A stretch of 62,991 bases of DNA, filler included, from Pirum gemmata (taxonomy: Eukaryota), in assembly GCA_002812295.1 (NCBI GenBank). It is 25 parts of 25 records of this genome, joined end to end, with 100 filler letters (N's around TTAATTAATTAA, not from the genome) between each part and the next. Parts side by side here need not be neighbours in the genome. Positions count along the whole stretch, not along the records: positions 1 to 2,283 come from PDIN01007353.1; positions 2,384 to 4,647 come from PDIN01007354.1; positions 4,748 to 7,001 come from PDIN01007355.1; positions 7,102 to 9,326 come from PDIN01007356.1; positions 9,427 to 11,647 come from PDIN01007357.1; 20 more parts are not named here. One strand, 5' to 3'. Positions 1-11,341 of this stretch are shown piece by piece (position 1 is the stretch's first letter; the number at the start of each line of letters is the position of its first letter). Under the pieces are notes generated by a model. That model saw nothing but the letters and a program-made list of their open reading frames with translations, was not told the DNA's origin and did no database searches. The translations under genes were made by a program, and so were the position numbers.

Positions 1-14
1 AAATAATAGAACAA

Positions 15-49
<35 letters not shown>

Positions 50-67
50 AAATTATATAGTTGTTTT

Positions 68-629
68 TTACTTAAAAGCATGTGATTTACAAGGGGCCGC
101 TTTGATTGAGTTATTTCGCGTGTCTTTAAAATTCCCAGACTTTTTTCTTGAACTCGGATTAGCATTTCGACGCCCACCCCGGCCACCCCGACGTCCACCC
201 CGGCCACCGCCCCGACGTCTACTACCCCGCCCACGCCCACTGCTCTGACCACCTTTATCACCTCTACTACTTCTACTAGTACTACCACTCCTGCTTGTAC
301 TTTTTATACTCTCGTGATTCTCAGCAAACTGATTGCGATAATCAAACTCTTCGTCGTTTTTACTAATGGGTACAAAATTAGTTAGATTCTTTTTTTTCTC
401 CGCTTTTTTAACCATTATTTCCCAAGTACTTAATGGTAACTGATCATCATTTTCCAAATCACTATCACTATTATCATCATTGTTATTGTAACCATTATCA
501 TAATCATCATCATCATCATTCTTATTATAACCATTGTTATTGTTATCATTATTATTATCATTACCATAATCATTATCATAGTCATCATTATACCCATAAA
601 CATTACTGCTTCCTATCCCATTATTATTA

Positions 630-674
<45 letters not shown>

Positions 675-1210
675 CAGTCATTATAGTTATTATTGCTGTC
701 ATTATAGCCATTATGATCATCATTAAAACCTCGTGAAAAAAGTGTGCTTTGAATAACATCATCATCATCTTCATCGGAACTTTCTATATTTATAACATGG
801 TCTCCACCATCATTTTCATCTTCACCAATACTACTAAAAGCATTAATATCCTCACTATTTTCTTTTGCGGATTCAAAACACTTACGTATCTGGCGAGAAC
901 TGTTACCCTTTCCAAGAATACCAACAATACCATCATCAACATCATCACTACTTAAACTCTGAATTGTAGCCAACACTTCATTCACTCCATTGTTCTTTTT
1001 AGATATACTAATACGACTTGAATTTCGTCTTAAATTTGTCAACTGATTTTCATTATTATTATTATTACTATTATTATCAGAATATGCATTCAAAACATTG
1101 CCATATTTACCACAAGATTTTTCATCCGTAACTTCTTCTCCCAAAAGACTAGGATATCTATTTGATCCTACGGAAGTTCTTTTTGTTGCAGTAGAGCGCC
1201 TCCTGTCATC

Positions 1211-1256
<46 letters not shown>

Positions 1257-1905
1257 GTTGGTGCTGGTAAAGACTGTCTTGTTATTTTTTTCTTTCTTTT
1301 TTTATTAGTATTGTTGTTGGTGTTGTTGTTGTTTTCATTTTCACTTTCATTTTCATTTTTATTTTTATTTTCATCTTCCATGTCATCCTCTTCAATAACA
1401 CTGTTTTTTCTTTTATTAGCATTGTTGATACTCTTTTTACTATTGCCACTTTTATTATTATTATTATTATTATCAAAAACGCTTTCCCCTTTCCCCTTCC
1501 CCCCATTAATTCTCCTAACCCGAAAGAGCTCTTCACCACCAAACTCTTCATCCCTTTCTCCAGCCATCAAACTTTTTGAATAAGAAAATGAGTTTTTAGA
1601 ATGAAGTTTACTTGCCTTTTTCCTTTTTGTATTATCATTGTCATTATTATTATTATTGTTATTTAATCCGTCAAAAAGAGATGGTGGTGGTGGTGGTGGT
1701 GGTGGTTGTAGTGGTTTCGTTGTTTGAGGTTTTTTCAGTGATTTTTGAGTGCTTTTGCTACGTTGCGATTTTTTCAATGCATCTAACGAACGACTATTCG
1801 TTGGTTTAATTTCACTGTCCTTTTGTTCTGCTTGATCTAACTCGTCTATTACATGTTGATTAATTTCATGAATTGAAAATTCTTTATGACATATTGGACA
1901 TTGAC
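68..1905 (-). CDS. Terminal exon of a low-complexity protein with a UBZ4-like zinc finger and RGG-rich C-terminus (possible DNA-repair/nucleic-acid-binding protein)
   Basis: Long ORF opens after a tatag acceptor (1906-1907). QCPICHKEFSIHEINQH resembles Rad18-type UBZ4 (CPIC-x8-INxH), but the fourth ligand Cys is not evident. It is followed by Asn/Asp-rich tracts and an RGRGSRRRGGGRGGRRGG tail. 5' exons are off-contig. Confidence 0.7.
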
Positions 1906-1956
1906 CTATAAATAGTAAGTTATTTATTATTGATAACAAATTATCTATTAAAACGG

Positions 1957-2223
1957 GTTAGAGTTAGGGTTAGGGTTAGGTTAGGGTTAGAGTTAGGGTC
2001 AAGATTAGGGTTTAGGGTTTAGGTTTAGGGTTTAGGGTTGGGTTTAGGGTTAAGGGGTAGGGTCAGGGTTAGGGTTAGGGTTAGGGTTAGGGTTAGGGTT
2101 AGACTTGGGGTCAGGGTTAGGGTTAGGGTTGGGTTAGGGTTAGGGTTAGGGTTAGGGTTAGGGGTAGGGTTAGGGTTAGGGTTAGGGTTAGGGTTAGGGT
2201 TATGGTTAGGGTTAGGGTTAGGG
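1957..2223 (+). repeat. Intronic telomere-type (TTAGGG)n tract with variants
   Basis: About 40 TTAGGG/TTTAGGG/TCAGGG units with unique sequence on both sides. The tract lies about 50 nt upstream (in gene direction) of the acceptor at 1906. Confidence 0.95.
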
Positions 2224-2283
2224 TACAAATTGTCAATTGAAAAGAGTTTAAAGTTAAAGTTATCAAAACATAGGTTGATAAAT

Positions 2284-2383
2284 NNNNNNNNNNNNNNNNN
2301 NNNNNNNNNNNNNNNNNNNNNNNNNNNTTAATTAATTAANNNNNNNNNNNNNNNNNNNNNNNNNNNNNNNNNNNNNNNNNNNN
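2284..2383. other. Artificial contig-joining spacer (44 N + TTAATTAATTAA + 44 N), first of 24
   Basis: The same 100-bp spacer, with stops in all six frames, starts at 2284, 4648, 7002, 9327, 11648, 14029, 16350, 18731, 21091, 23454, 25781, 30267, 32518, 35704, 38044, 40365, 42744, 45092, 48798, 51176, 53512, 55890, 58269 and 60647. Confidence 0.98.
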
Positions 2384-2675
2384 ATAATAATAATAATGTA
2401 GTTTTTTTATTATTGGTTTTGTTTTATTCCATTTCATGCTTGTAATTTAATGAGCTGAGAAGGGAAGTGATTTTGGTTTTTTATCATTAAAAAAAATTTT
2501 AGTTCGAATTTCTCGTTGTTTTCATGTATTTCAGAATATGTTGTTGTCGAAGATTATGTCCAGATAAAATTCTTTCCTCTAATACGGTTATTTCAAAAAA
2601 TTCTTAAATCTATCTTTAGGTCGAGCAAACTCGTACAAAAACGGCCACCTTGCCTCTCCTCAGCCATTAAAGCCA

Positions 2676-4424
2676 ATGCGAAAAAGTCGTTCAAATACAT
2701 CCCTTAACAAAAGAAAAATTATGTTTGTGGACCCTACCGATGAAAATGCATCAGAAAATTCGTCAGATTACAGTAGTGTCGGTACAGGTGATACTAAGAG
2801 CACCAGTCAAAGTGGCTCTGCTAACTCTCGTGCCTCACATGTTTCAAGTTTATCAAAAGAAAGTAGATATACTGGTAAGCTAAGCACTGATGACAGTAAT
2901 AGAGAAAGTAGATTTAATAGCCCAGTGGGTGAAGACAAAGACCAAAACAACAACGAAAATAAAGATAATAATGAAAGTGACAGCAAAAGTGGAAATGCCA
3001 GGACATTACCGGGAAGTAAAGAAGGCAGCTTGAAAACCATAGTTTCTTCATCGATCACCAATGCCACAGCTAAAGAATATAACGAAACACTAGATAATAA
3101 AGTTAGTAAACCCAGTACGGTTAACAAAATTGCAGAGAACAATACGGAGAATGAAAATCAGGGCGACGAAGTTAGTAAAGCAAACTCGAAGAAAACGAAA
3201 AAAGAAAAAATGAGTTTTTTCAAGAAGCTTTTGGGAAAAAGTCACAAAAGTGAGAAAAAGCAACAGAAAGGTCAAAAGCAAAATTCATCCGCTAAACAAC
3301 CAGATAATGTTCCTGCTGATCAATTAGAGGCTGATATGAGTCAACCTGTAACAATTGACAACCTTAAGCGAATTAGATCTAATTCATTAAATGTTAATAT
3401 GAGTCGTTCTGTAGGAAATATTCACCAACTTGCCAAAGATAAAGATAAAGATAAGGATAAAGAGCAAAGTATGCCCCGAAGTAATAGTTTTCTGGCCCCG
3501 ACTAATAGTTCATTTCTAGCCCCGGAACGTAGAAATAGTAATGCGAGTGGTTCACATAAAAGTGGTGGTTCACATAAAAGTGAAATGACCAGAAGTAAGA
3601 GTGGTCACTCGTTAGTTGGCATGACTAGAAGTAAGAGTGGGGCTTCATTGGGTGGGATGACTAGAAGTCACAGTAATTCCTCCCTGAAAAGCAACAAGAG
3701 CGGTTCTTTAATGAATCGGATGCATAGTAATAAGTCAATGGAAAATGTCCACAACACTCAACTAAAAAAATCGACATCGAAATCACAACTTAACAAGCAG
3801 AAACGTAAATTCAAATTATTAATGGCAGGTGACAGTAATGTTGGTAAATCTGCTTTGGTTCAAAGGTTAATGCATAGTGTTTACGAGGAAGAGTACAAAC
3901 CAACCAATTTTGAAGAAATTCACCATAAAAAATTAATGCTTAATAATTTAATTTACGAGTTAGAAATAGTCGATACAAATGTTGATGCTTTAGAATCCGC
4001 AAATGATCATATAATAGCTGCCGATGCCATCCTTTTGGTTTTTGCCATTGATAACAAGAAATCTTTCGAGAAATTACAAGAATTGTGTCAAAGAATACAG
4101 TTTGTAGCGCGGGATACTCCTTACATTATAGTGGGTTCTAAAGGTGATAGAGATGAAGGTAATCAACGCCAAGTTTCTGGCAAGACCGCGAGACAGTACG
4201 CTAGATCTCTAAATAAAACTTATGCTGAAGTGTCCGCTAGAAAACCACGTTCAACTGAATTATTCTATACAATACTCCGCCTATTAACTGAAGAACAGAA
4301 AAAGCAAGTTAATCACCAAGAAAATTTAGATGATAATCCTGATGGACCGTTAATGACTGCTGACTTCTTGTTTGAAAGTCAGAATTTATCCCAATACCGT
4401 TTGAGTAAAGCTTTGAATGCTTAG
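2676..4424 (+). CDS. Ras-superfamily small GTPase domain with a ~375-aa Ser/Lys-rich disordered N-terminal extension
   Basis: G1 GDSNVGKS, effector-like YKPT, degenerate G3 DTNV, G4 GSKGD, G5 EVSAR. Intronless 582-aa ORF with no CAAX box. Confidence 0.88.
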   Translation: MRKSRSNTSLNKRKIMFVDPTDENASENSSDYSSVGTGDTKSTSQSGSANSRASHVSSLSKESRYTGKLSTDDSNRESRFNSPVGEDKDQNNNENKDNNESDSKSGNARTLPGSKEGSLKTIVSSSITNATAKEYNETLDNKVSKPSTVNKIAENNTENENQGDEVSKANSKKTKKEKMSFFKKLLGKSHKSEKKQQKGQKQNSSAKQPDNVPADQLEADMSQPVTIDNLKRIRSNSLNVNMSRSVGNIHQLAKDKDKDKDKEQSMPRSNSFLAPTNSSFLAPERRNSNASGSHKSGGSHKSEMTRSKSGHSLVGMTRSKSGASLGGMTRSHSNSSLKSNKSGSLMNRMHSNKSMENVHNTQLKKSTSKSQLNKQKRKFKLLMAGDSNVGKSALVQRLMHSVYEEEYKPTNFEEIHHKKLMLNNLIYELEIVDTNVDALESANDHIIAADAILLVFAIDNKKSFEKLQELCQRIQFVARDTPYIIVGSKGDRDEGNQRQVSGKTARQYARSLNKTYAEVSARKPRSTELFYTILRLLTEEQKKQVNHQENLDDNPDGPLMTADFLFESQNLSQYRLSKALNA

Positions 4425-6221
4425 TAGATAAACTATAAAGGCAGCCCATATACTACTTCTAGACAATTTAAATTCTTAGTCTTATGGAAATAACGTGTTA
4501 ATTAAGTACAAACAAGTAAATATATATTTATGCAAACTCGAGAAAACCCTGCCAAATTTGGAAGAAATTAATAAAACTAAAATAGTTTCGTAAGCTACTG
4601 AACAGGTGCCAGTACTACTAATAGCTATAGGAGTTATTATGTATATTNNNNNNNNNNNNNNNNNNNNNNNNNNNNNNNNNNNNNNNNNNNNTTAATTAAT
4701 TAANNNNNNNNNNNNNNNNNNNNNNNNNNNNNNNNNNNNNNNNNNNNAATAACAATAACAATAACAATAACAATAAAAATAAAAATATCAATATCAATAT
4801 TAATATCAATATCAATATATCAATATCAATATCAATACCAAGAACAATAATAAAATAAAACAAAAACAAAAACAATAACATATTATATTAGTAATTAAAA
4901 TAACAATAATAACAACAACAATAACAACAACAATAATAATAAAAATAACAATAAAATAACAATATTAATATCGATATCAATATCAACATCAATATCAATA
5001 ACAAGAACAATATTAATTAATAATAAAATAAAACAAACAATAACAATAATAATAACAATAACTATACAATAATAGTAACAACAATAATAAGAACAATAAT
5101 AATAACAATATATAATAATAACAATAATATTAATAATAACAATAAACTTTTGAAAAAAATACAAACAATAACAATAACAATAATCTAACAAAACCACTAA
5201 CTTCGCACATTTTGATCACATAATCAAAACTAATTACCATGCTTTTTTTTTCGCTTTTTGGGCTGCTTTTTGGGGTTTTATGGTGTGTTTTGGCCCTTTG
5301 AGCCAGTTTGAACCTTTTAGTATCATATTAATTATGTCATCCCCTTAGATAATTTGACTTTTTCTCTTTTTCTATTGGATTCTCTTGGACTTTTTCTATT
5401 TGGCTCTCTGGCCAACTATTCAAATTTTTCATCCATTCAACTAGCTCATATGTATACATTTATTTGCAGCAATCAATGCCAATCATTTCTCATTTTTGTT
5501 TTTGTTTTTTATAAGTTTCAACTTTCAAAGAGAGGAATTCTACGAAAAAACAAAAATAAAATAAAAAAGGAAATGTATGTATGCAGTTTTAGGGGACACT
5601 GCTCAAATAATAATAAGGTTTCAGCGAAGGTAAAGTGATGCCATCCTAATTTGAAATATTTTACTATATTTAGAATAATGAGTACACATAAAGGTTCACC
5701 TTATCACTATATATTAATCCTTTTTTGAACAATTTTACTATATTTAGAATAATAACACCCATAAAGAAATTTTGTTATAAAATTTTCATTTTCATTTCAG
5801 GTAGGCAGGTGCCATTTGACCAGAAATTAACGTCGAGGGGTAGGTTAGGTAGGGATATTGGAAGCTGTACTGGAAATTGGCGCTCCCCCTAACGTGTTTT
5901 CACTCAAACACTACGGTGCAAACATTTTAAAAACGTCCAACATTTTTTTTTTTTTTATGTTTGAAAATTTCAATCCTATTAATTAAATGATTATTACACT
6001 ACTTATTATCGAAAACTAAAAATTCAATTGAAGCCCAAAAGTTGAGCGTTTTTAAATGATTTGTACACTTTTGCATTATACTAAACATAAAGAATAAAAT
6101 ACACCAAATTAAATTAAATATATTTGTATTATATGAATTTGGTACCCTTTATTGTATATTTTATGATGCCAAAACAACTAACTGAAAAGCACCACTCATG
6201 ATAATAAACCATAATGTACCC

Positions 6222-6905
6222 CAAACTCTAACTAACTTTAACCCTTCGCCAAACGGTCCTAAACCTTAACCATAACTTAACACTCCAAGCATTACCTTTA
6301 ACAATAACCTTATAATTAATTAACCTTAACCATATAATGTTAACCTTAACCATATAATGTTAACCTTAACTAATTAACCCTAGCCTTAATTAATGCTACC
6401 AGTAAAAAATCTGAAGATGGAAAAATCTGAACATGGAATTGTATCTAGAAGGGGTTTTTTGTCAACTAATGCATCTAGATTGGTATTTGAAACTCTTTAA
6501 TTGACATCTGGATACACTTTTCTTTTTTAGCAAAATAAAGGATAAAAAAAAAATACAAATTCAAACGAAGGTTTTAAAGTGTAAAAATACCAATCTAGAG
6601 GTCTTAGTTGACAAAAATACCCTTCTAGATTCAATTCTATCTTCAGATTTTTTACTATCAGGTATTATGTTTTAAATTAAAAAATACAATTCAAAAAAAG
6701 TAATAAATTTTATTTCAAGAAAAAAAAAACTGGTAGTATAATAATTAATAACTATCATAACTCTAACCCTTCGCTAAAACAGTCCTACACCTTAACCATA
6801 AAACACTCCAACCCTTACCTTTAACCATAACCTTAACCCTTAATAATTAATTAACCCTAGTCTTAATTAATGCTAAATTATAAAAAAAAATACAATTCAA
6901 AAAAA
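6222..6905 (+). repeat. Degenerate direct repeat with CCTTAA/CCCTAA motifs (6222-6397 and 6759-6875); the 6401-6656 element lies between the copies
   Basis: Shared AACTCTAA..ACCCTTCGC..GTCCTA.ACCTTAACCATAA..AATTAACCCTAG.CTTAATTAATGCTA. Both copies are followed by AAAAATACAATTCAAAAAAAG. Confidence 0.75.
6401..6656. mobile_element. MITE-like element with ~70-bp imperfect terminal inverted repeats
   Basis: Left arm AGTAAAAAATCTGAAGAT...TCTAGAAGGG...TTTTTGTCAACTAA...TCTAGATTGGTATTT (6401-6488) is mirrored by 6585-6656. Confidence 0.7.
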
Positions 6906-9692
6906 GAAATTTTAATATATTATTTTTTTTGAAGAAAAAAAAAAATACTCGTTTGATAATTAGTAAAGTATTAGTAGTAAATTTGTAATATATTATGATA
7001 TNNNNNNNNNNNNNNNNNNNNNNNNNNNNNNNNNNNNNNNNNNNNTTAATTAATTAANNNNNNNNNNNNNNNNNNNNNNNNNNNNNNNNNNNNNNNNNNN
7101 NATACCAATTAAAATAATAATATTAACATTAATAGTAATAAAAACCATAAAAATCGGAAAAGTTCCGGCAGCTGTTCGGTAATAATAAATGACGTCATCT
7201 CACCCCTACTTTAGAGGCTTAGAAGTTAGAAGTTAGAGGCTTTTTAGAGCTAGCTAGCTAGCTAGTAGCTATCATAGCTAGAGTCTAGCTAGCAAGCTGT
7301 GTAGAATTCTGATCATCTCTCAGTACACACTGATCGAAAAAAAAAAAAAAACTAATAGACTAGCTAGCTAGATGCCGGTCTAGCTAGCCAGTACTACTCC
7401 CCAGACTCCTGGCCCCAGACTCCCCAACTGGCTATCGATAGCTACTAGCTAGCTATCGTAGCTAGCTAGAGGGTAGACCGTAGACTGGGTGGTAGGTAGG
7501 GGTAGTAGACTGGTAGTAGTAGGCTATATCATATGATACATAGTAGCTATTGATAAAAGGGCCGAGTTCACGGCCGAGCCGCGTTTGAGACTTTCTACTA
7601 TCCAGCTCTACTGTCGATAGCTCTCTAGGCCATTCATAAAAAGGACGTCACTTATTCTTTGATAGAAGTCATTGCTCGAAAGTGTGACTTAAACTGTTTT
7701 AGGCAGTAATTAATTATAAAAATGAACTTTAAAATTATGACCAAAAGTGTTTTCGACAAAGAGGCATAGGTAAGATTAGGTGCTAGCTACGGCTAGAGTA
7801 GTCTACTGCTACTAGAGGCTACAAGTACCATAATACGTCACGTCAAGGGGTAGGTAGGTAGGGGTATTTGAAGCTGTACTTGACCGGAAATTGGCTACTA
7901 GTTAGTAGTTTCAAAAGTGTTGTTCAAATTATTATTAAACTATCAGACATGTTTGAGACATGTTTTGAGCTACAGTAAGAAGCTCAGCCAGCTAGCTAGT
8001 CTATGACTCTATATATAGCTACTAGCTAGCTAGCTACTGGTGAAAATAGTGTGAAAATAGTGTGAAAATACAACTAGAAAATACAAGGAGTTGAATAAAT
8101 AATAATAAATAATAAATTGTGAACTCGTAGTGAAAATTAGGTGAAAAATAGTTTTGAAATTTTTTTAATTTTTTTTTTAGAGTTTTTTTAGTCTGTATAT
8201 ATAGACTACAAGTCAGAAAAAAAAAAATAATCATTATTTCCTATCTGGTGGTAGACAGACTATAGCGCTTTTCATTTATTTTGTCACTCTGAATATTTAT
8301 TTGGTTGTTTATAATTTTTTAATTGACATTTTTAAATCAATATAAAGATAATAAAATATACCAAATTAAATTAAATGGATTTATATTGTATTAATTTGGT
8401 ACTCTTTATTGTCCTACCTAGCTAGAGCTAGCTAGTATTAGTAGAGCTAGACTAGTCTAGAACTGAGGGACCTGAGGGACCAAGGGTCTAGACCTAGCTA
8501 CTAGCTAGCTAGGGGTCTAGACCTAATAGGGGTCTAGACCCCTACCCAAGCCTCAGACCCAAGCCTGCTACCCAAGATACCTTGAAACCCAACGGAACTT
8601 TTTTTTTATTTAGTCTATAAATAGACTAAATGTGGTAAATACGTACTACTGGTAATAATAGTCTAATATTATAAAAAAAAAAAAAAGAAGCCCAAGATTT
8701 CCTGATCTTGGGATTTTTATTTATGGTCATCCTGTCATGGGTTCAAAAAGTTCAAAACTTCAAATATTACAAATATTTTTTTTTTAATTATGCATATTAT
8801 CTATATTATCGTGCTTTGTCACTCCGAATATTTATTTGGAGGGTTATAATCTTTAAATTGACAATTTTAAATCAATATACAGATAACAAAATACACCAAA
8901 TTAGATAAATTGAATTTAAATTATATTAATTTGGTACTATTTATTGTATACTTTATAATGACAAAACAACTGAAAAGAACTAGTCTATATAATAAAAAAA
9001 TAATATGAGTAATAATAGTGTAATTAAATAGTGTAATAATACTGTAATAATACTGTATGACATATCATAAATAAATAATAATAATTATTATTAGTCTATA
9101 TGAGATAAGTTATATGATCAGTAGTACCCTACGACTAAGGTAGTCAGTCTATATGTAGGTATTGATAGACCTAGTAGGTCCATTAATAATCCTGCTTTTC
9201 ATTTATTTTGACCACTTAGATTATTTATTTGGTACTTTTAAGTTTATAAACGTGGTTATTTTAAATTGAAATATAAATTATTAAACACGCCAAGTTAATT
9301 AAATTGTATCAAATAAATTTGATATANNNNNNNNNNNNNNNNNNNNNNNNNNNNNNNNNNNNNNNNNNNNTTAATTAATTAANNNNNNNNNNNNNNNNNN
9401 NNNNNNNNNNNNNNNNNNNNNNNNNNTATTATTATTATTATTCTTCTTATTCTGTTATTATAAATCTTATAAATCAATTTCGTACACCATGCCAAATGAG
9501 AAAAGTTTAAGAGAAACTATAATCAAGATGTTTTTAAAGAAGATCTAAAAAGTGGTACAATATTGTACGAGATTGATCCTTTAATTAATTAAAGAGATTA
9601 TTTACGTGTGTCACTGCCTCGAAACTTAGTAATAGTAATAATATCAATGCAACGTATTTTCGAGTCTTATAAAATAGTTTGGTGCCCCGAAA

Positions 9693-10156
9693 ATGCACTA
9701 CGCGTGCGCTGTTGCAAGTGTGAAGCTGACAATGACTACTTCTACTACTACTACTAAAACTAATGCTAATGCTAAAAGAACGCAATCTGTTTTGAACATG
9801 CTTCTTACAACATGCGGTGTGTGTAAAAAAAAATGTGGATATAATCTTAAGTGTAAAACTTGTAAAATTGAAGTACACAAACAGTGTTCCAACGTTGGAA
9901 ATGATCCAGATTATGAAAACATAATATGCAATTCTTGTATGATAAATTCCACAGCCACAGAAACAGCTCTAGCTTGTACTGTATGTAACAAAGAAGTAGG
10001 AATGGCACATAAATGCTCCCAATGTATTATAACAATTATGTCCATTCTTTCTGCTCTGATCATGAGCAAAACCAATCATTGGGAATTATTACCTGCAATA
10101 AGTGTCATGATGATTATTGTAGTAGTAATAGCAAACGAATGAAAATAAGTAATTAA
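9693..10156 (+). pseudogene. Frameshifted tandem PHD-like Cys/His zinc-finger ORF, probably transposon-derived
   Basis: CGVC..KCKTC..VHKQC..ICNSC, then CTVC..AHKCSQC. Removing 2 nt at ~10026 restores YNNYVHSFC...IITCNKC...TAA(10156). The pattern is reminiscent of Cys-rich domains of KRBA2/SCAND3-type integrase-like elements (from memory). The start codon is uncertain. Confidence 0.55.
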
Positions 10157-11341
10157 TATAGCTGGTGATATAATATTATCTGACAATATTCCGATACTAT
10201 TAGGTAAACTATTAGGTAATTAATATAACTGGTGATACTATCTGAGGAGAATATATATGATAAATAAACATTATTAATGTTATTATCACCGACGCCTTCG
10301 GCGTCCGCGTCTTCGGAGTATGTCGGGTCGGCCTTCGGCCTCCAATTCGCTGCATACCCATAAACTCTATATATATACTACTACTACTACTACTGCTACT
10401 ATTAATATTCCTATATAATATATATTACTAATATTAATACTATTGTTATTACAATTGCTATTACTAATAGCTACTACTACTATTTACTGCTATTACTATA
10501 TATCATACTATTACTACTACTACGTATACGGTCTACTACTATATATTGATATTATACTATGATTGCTATTTAAATTTCTACTAGCTACTAGCTGTATACT
10601 ACTATGACATATTAATAGCATACTACTATCATACTACTACTACTACTACCATTACCACTACCACTACCACTACCACTACCACTACTGCCATAGCTACTAC
10701 TATCAAACTGTTATATTTTAATTACTTTTATATAATTAGTAAATTATATCTACCAGTAGTATAAATTACTAATTATATAATTAATAATGCCACTACGTAT
10801 ACCATGGCCAAAATTATTACTTCTACCACTAAATACATTTCGTACAAAAGCCAAATAATATTAAATTTAATATTAATATTAATATCAATATTAATATTAA
10901 TATCAATATTAATTAAAGTCCAATTTCTAAATTAATTAATTATAACTTATTTTAATTAAACAAGTTAAATGTATTAATTTTATGATAATAATAATTATTA
11001 TTATAATGTTAATTATAACATTATAATTATTACATATGATAGTACTGTGATAATCATTATCGTTATTATTAACATTATCAGTATCAATATTAATATTAGA
11101 CCGTGACACCCACAATCATTTATTAATGACGTCACTTTCTAAACACCCTTTTTCTAGATTTTCAATTTAATAGGCTATATTGCAATCAGAAAGCTTAGAA
11201 TATTCATCTAATAGGTCATATGGTGGGTATATGATGACGTCATTAATGAAGGTTTCCTAGCTATGATAGCATCAATACTCTCTCTATGATGACGTCATTA
11301 ATGAAGGTTCCTACCTAATACTCTCTCTATAGACCTAGCTA

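Noticed and set aside
1098..1583. Antisense ORFs overlapping real genes (also 2807-3142, 26797-27222, 54532-54888)
   Set aside because: These are shadow frames of the coding strand with no independent motifs.
2328..2339. TTAATTAATTAA recurring every ~2.3 kb as a biological periodic motif or nanochromosome boundary
   Set aside because: It is always centred in exactly 44+44 N and encodes stops in six frames, so it is a synthetic concatenation linker. The uniform contig size probably reflects size ordering of the assembly.
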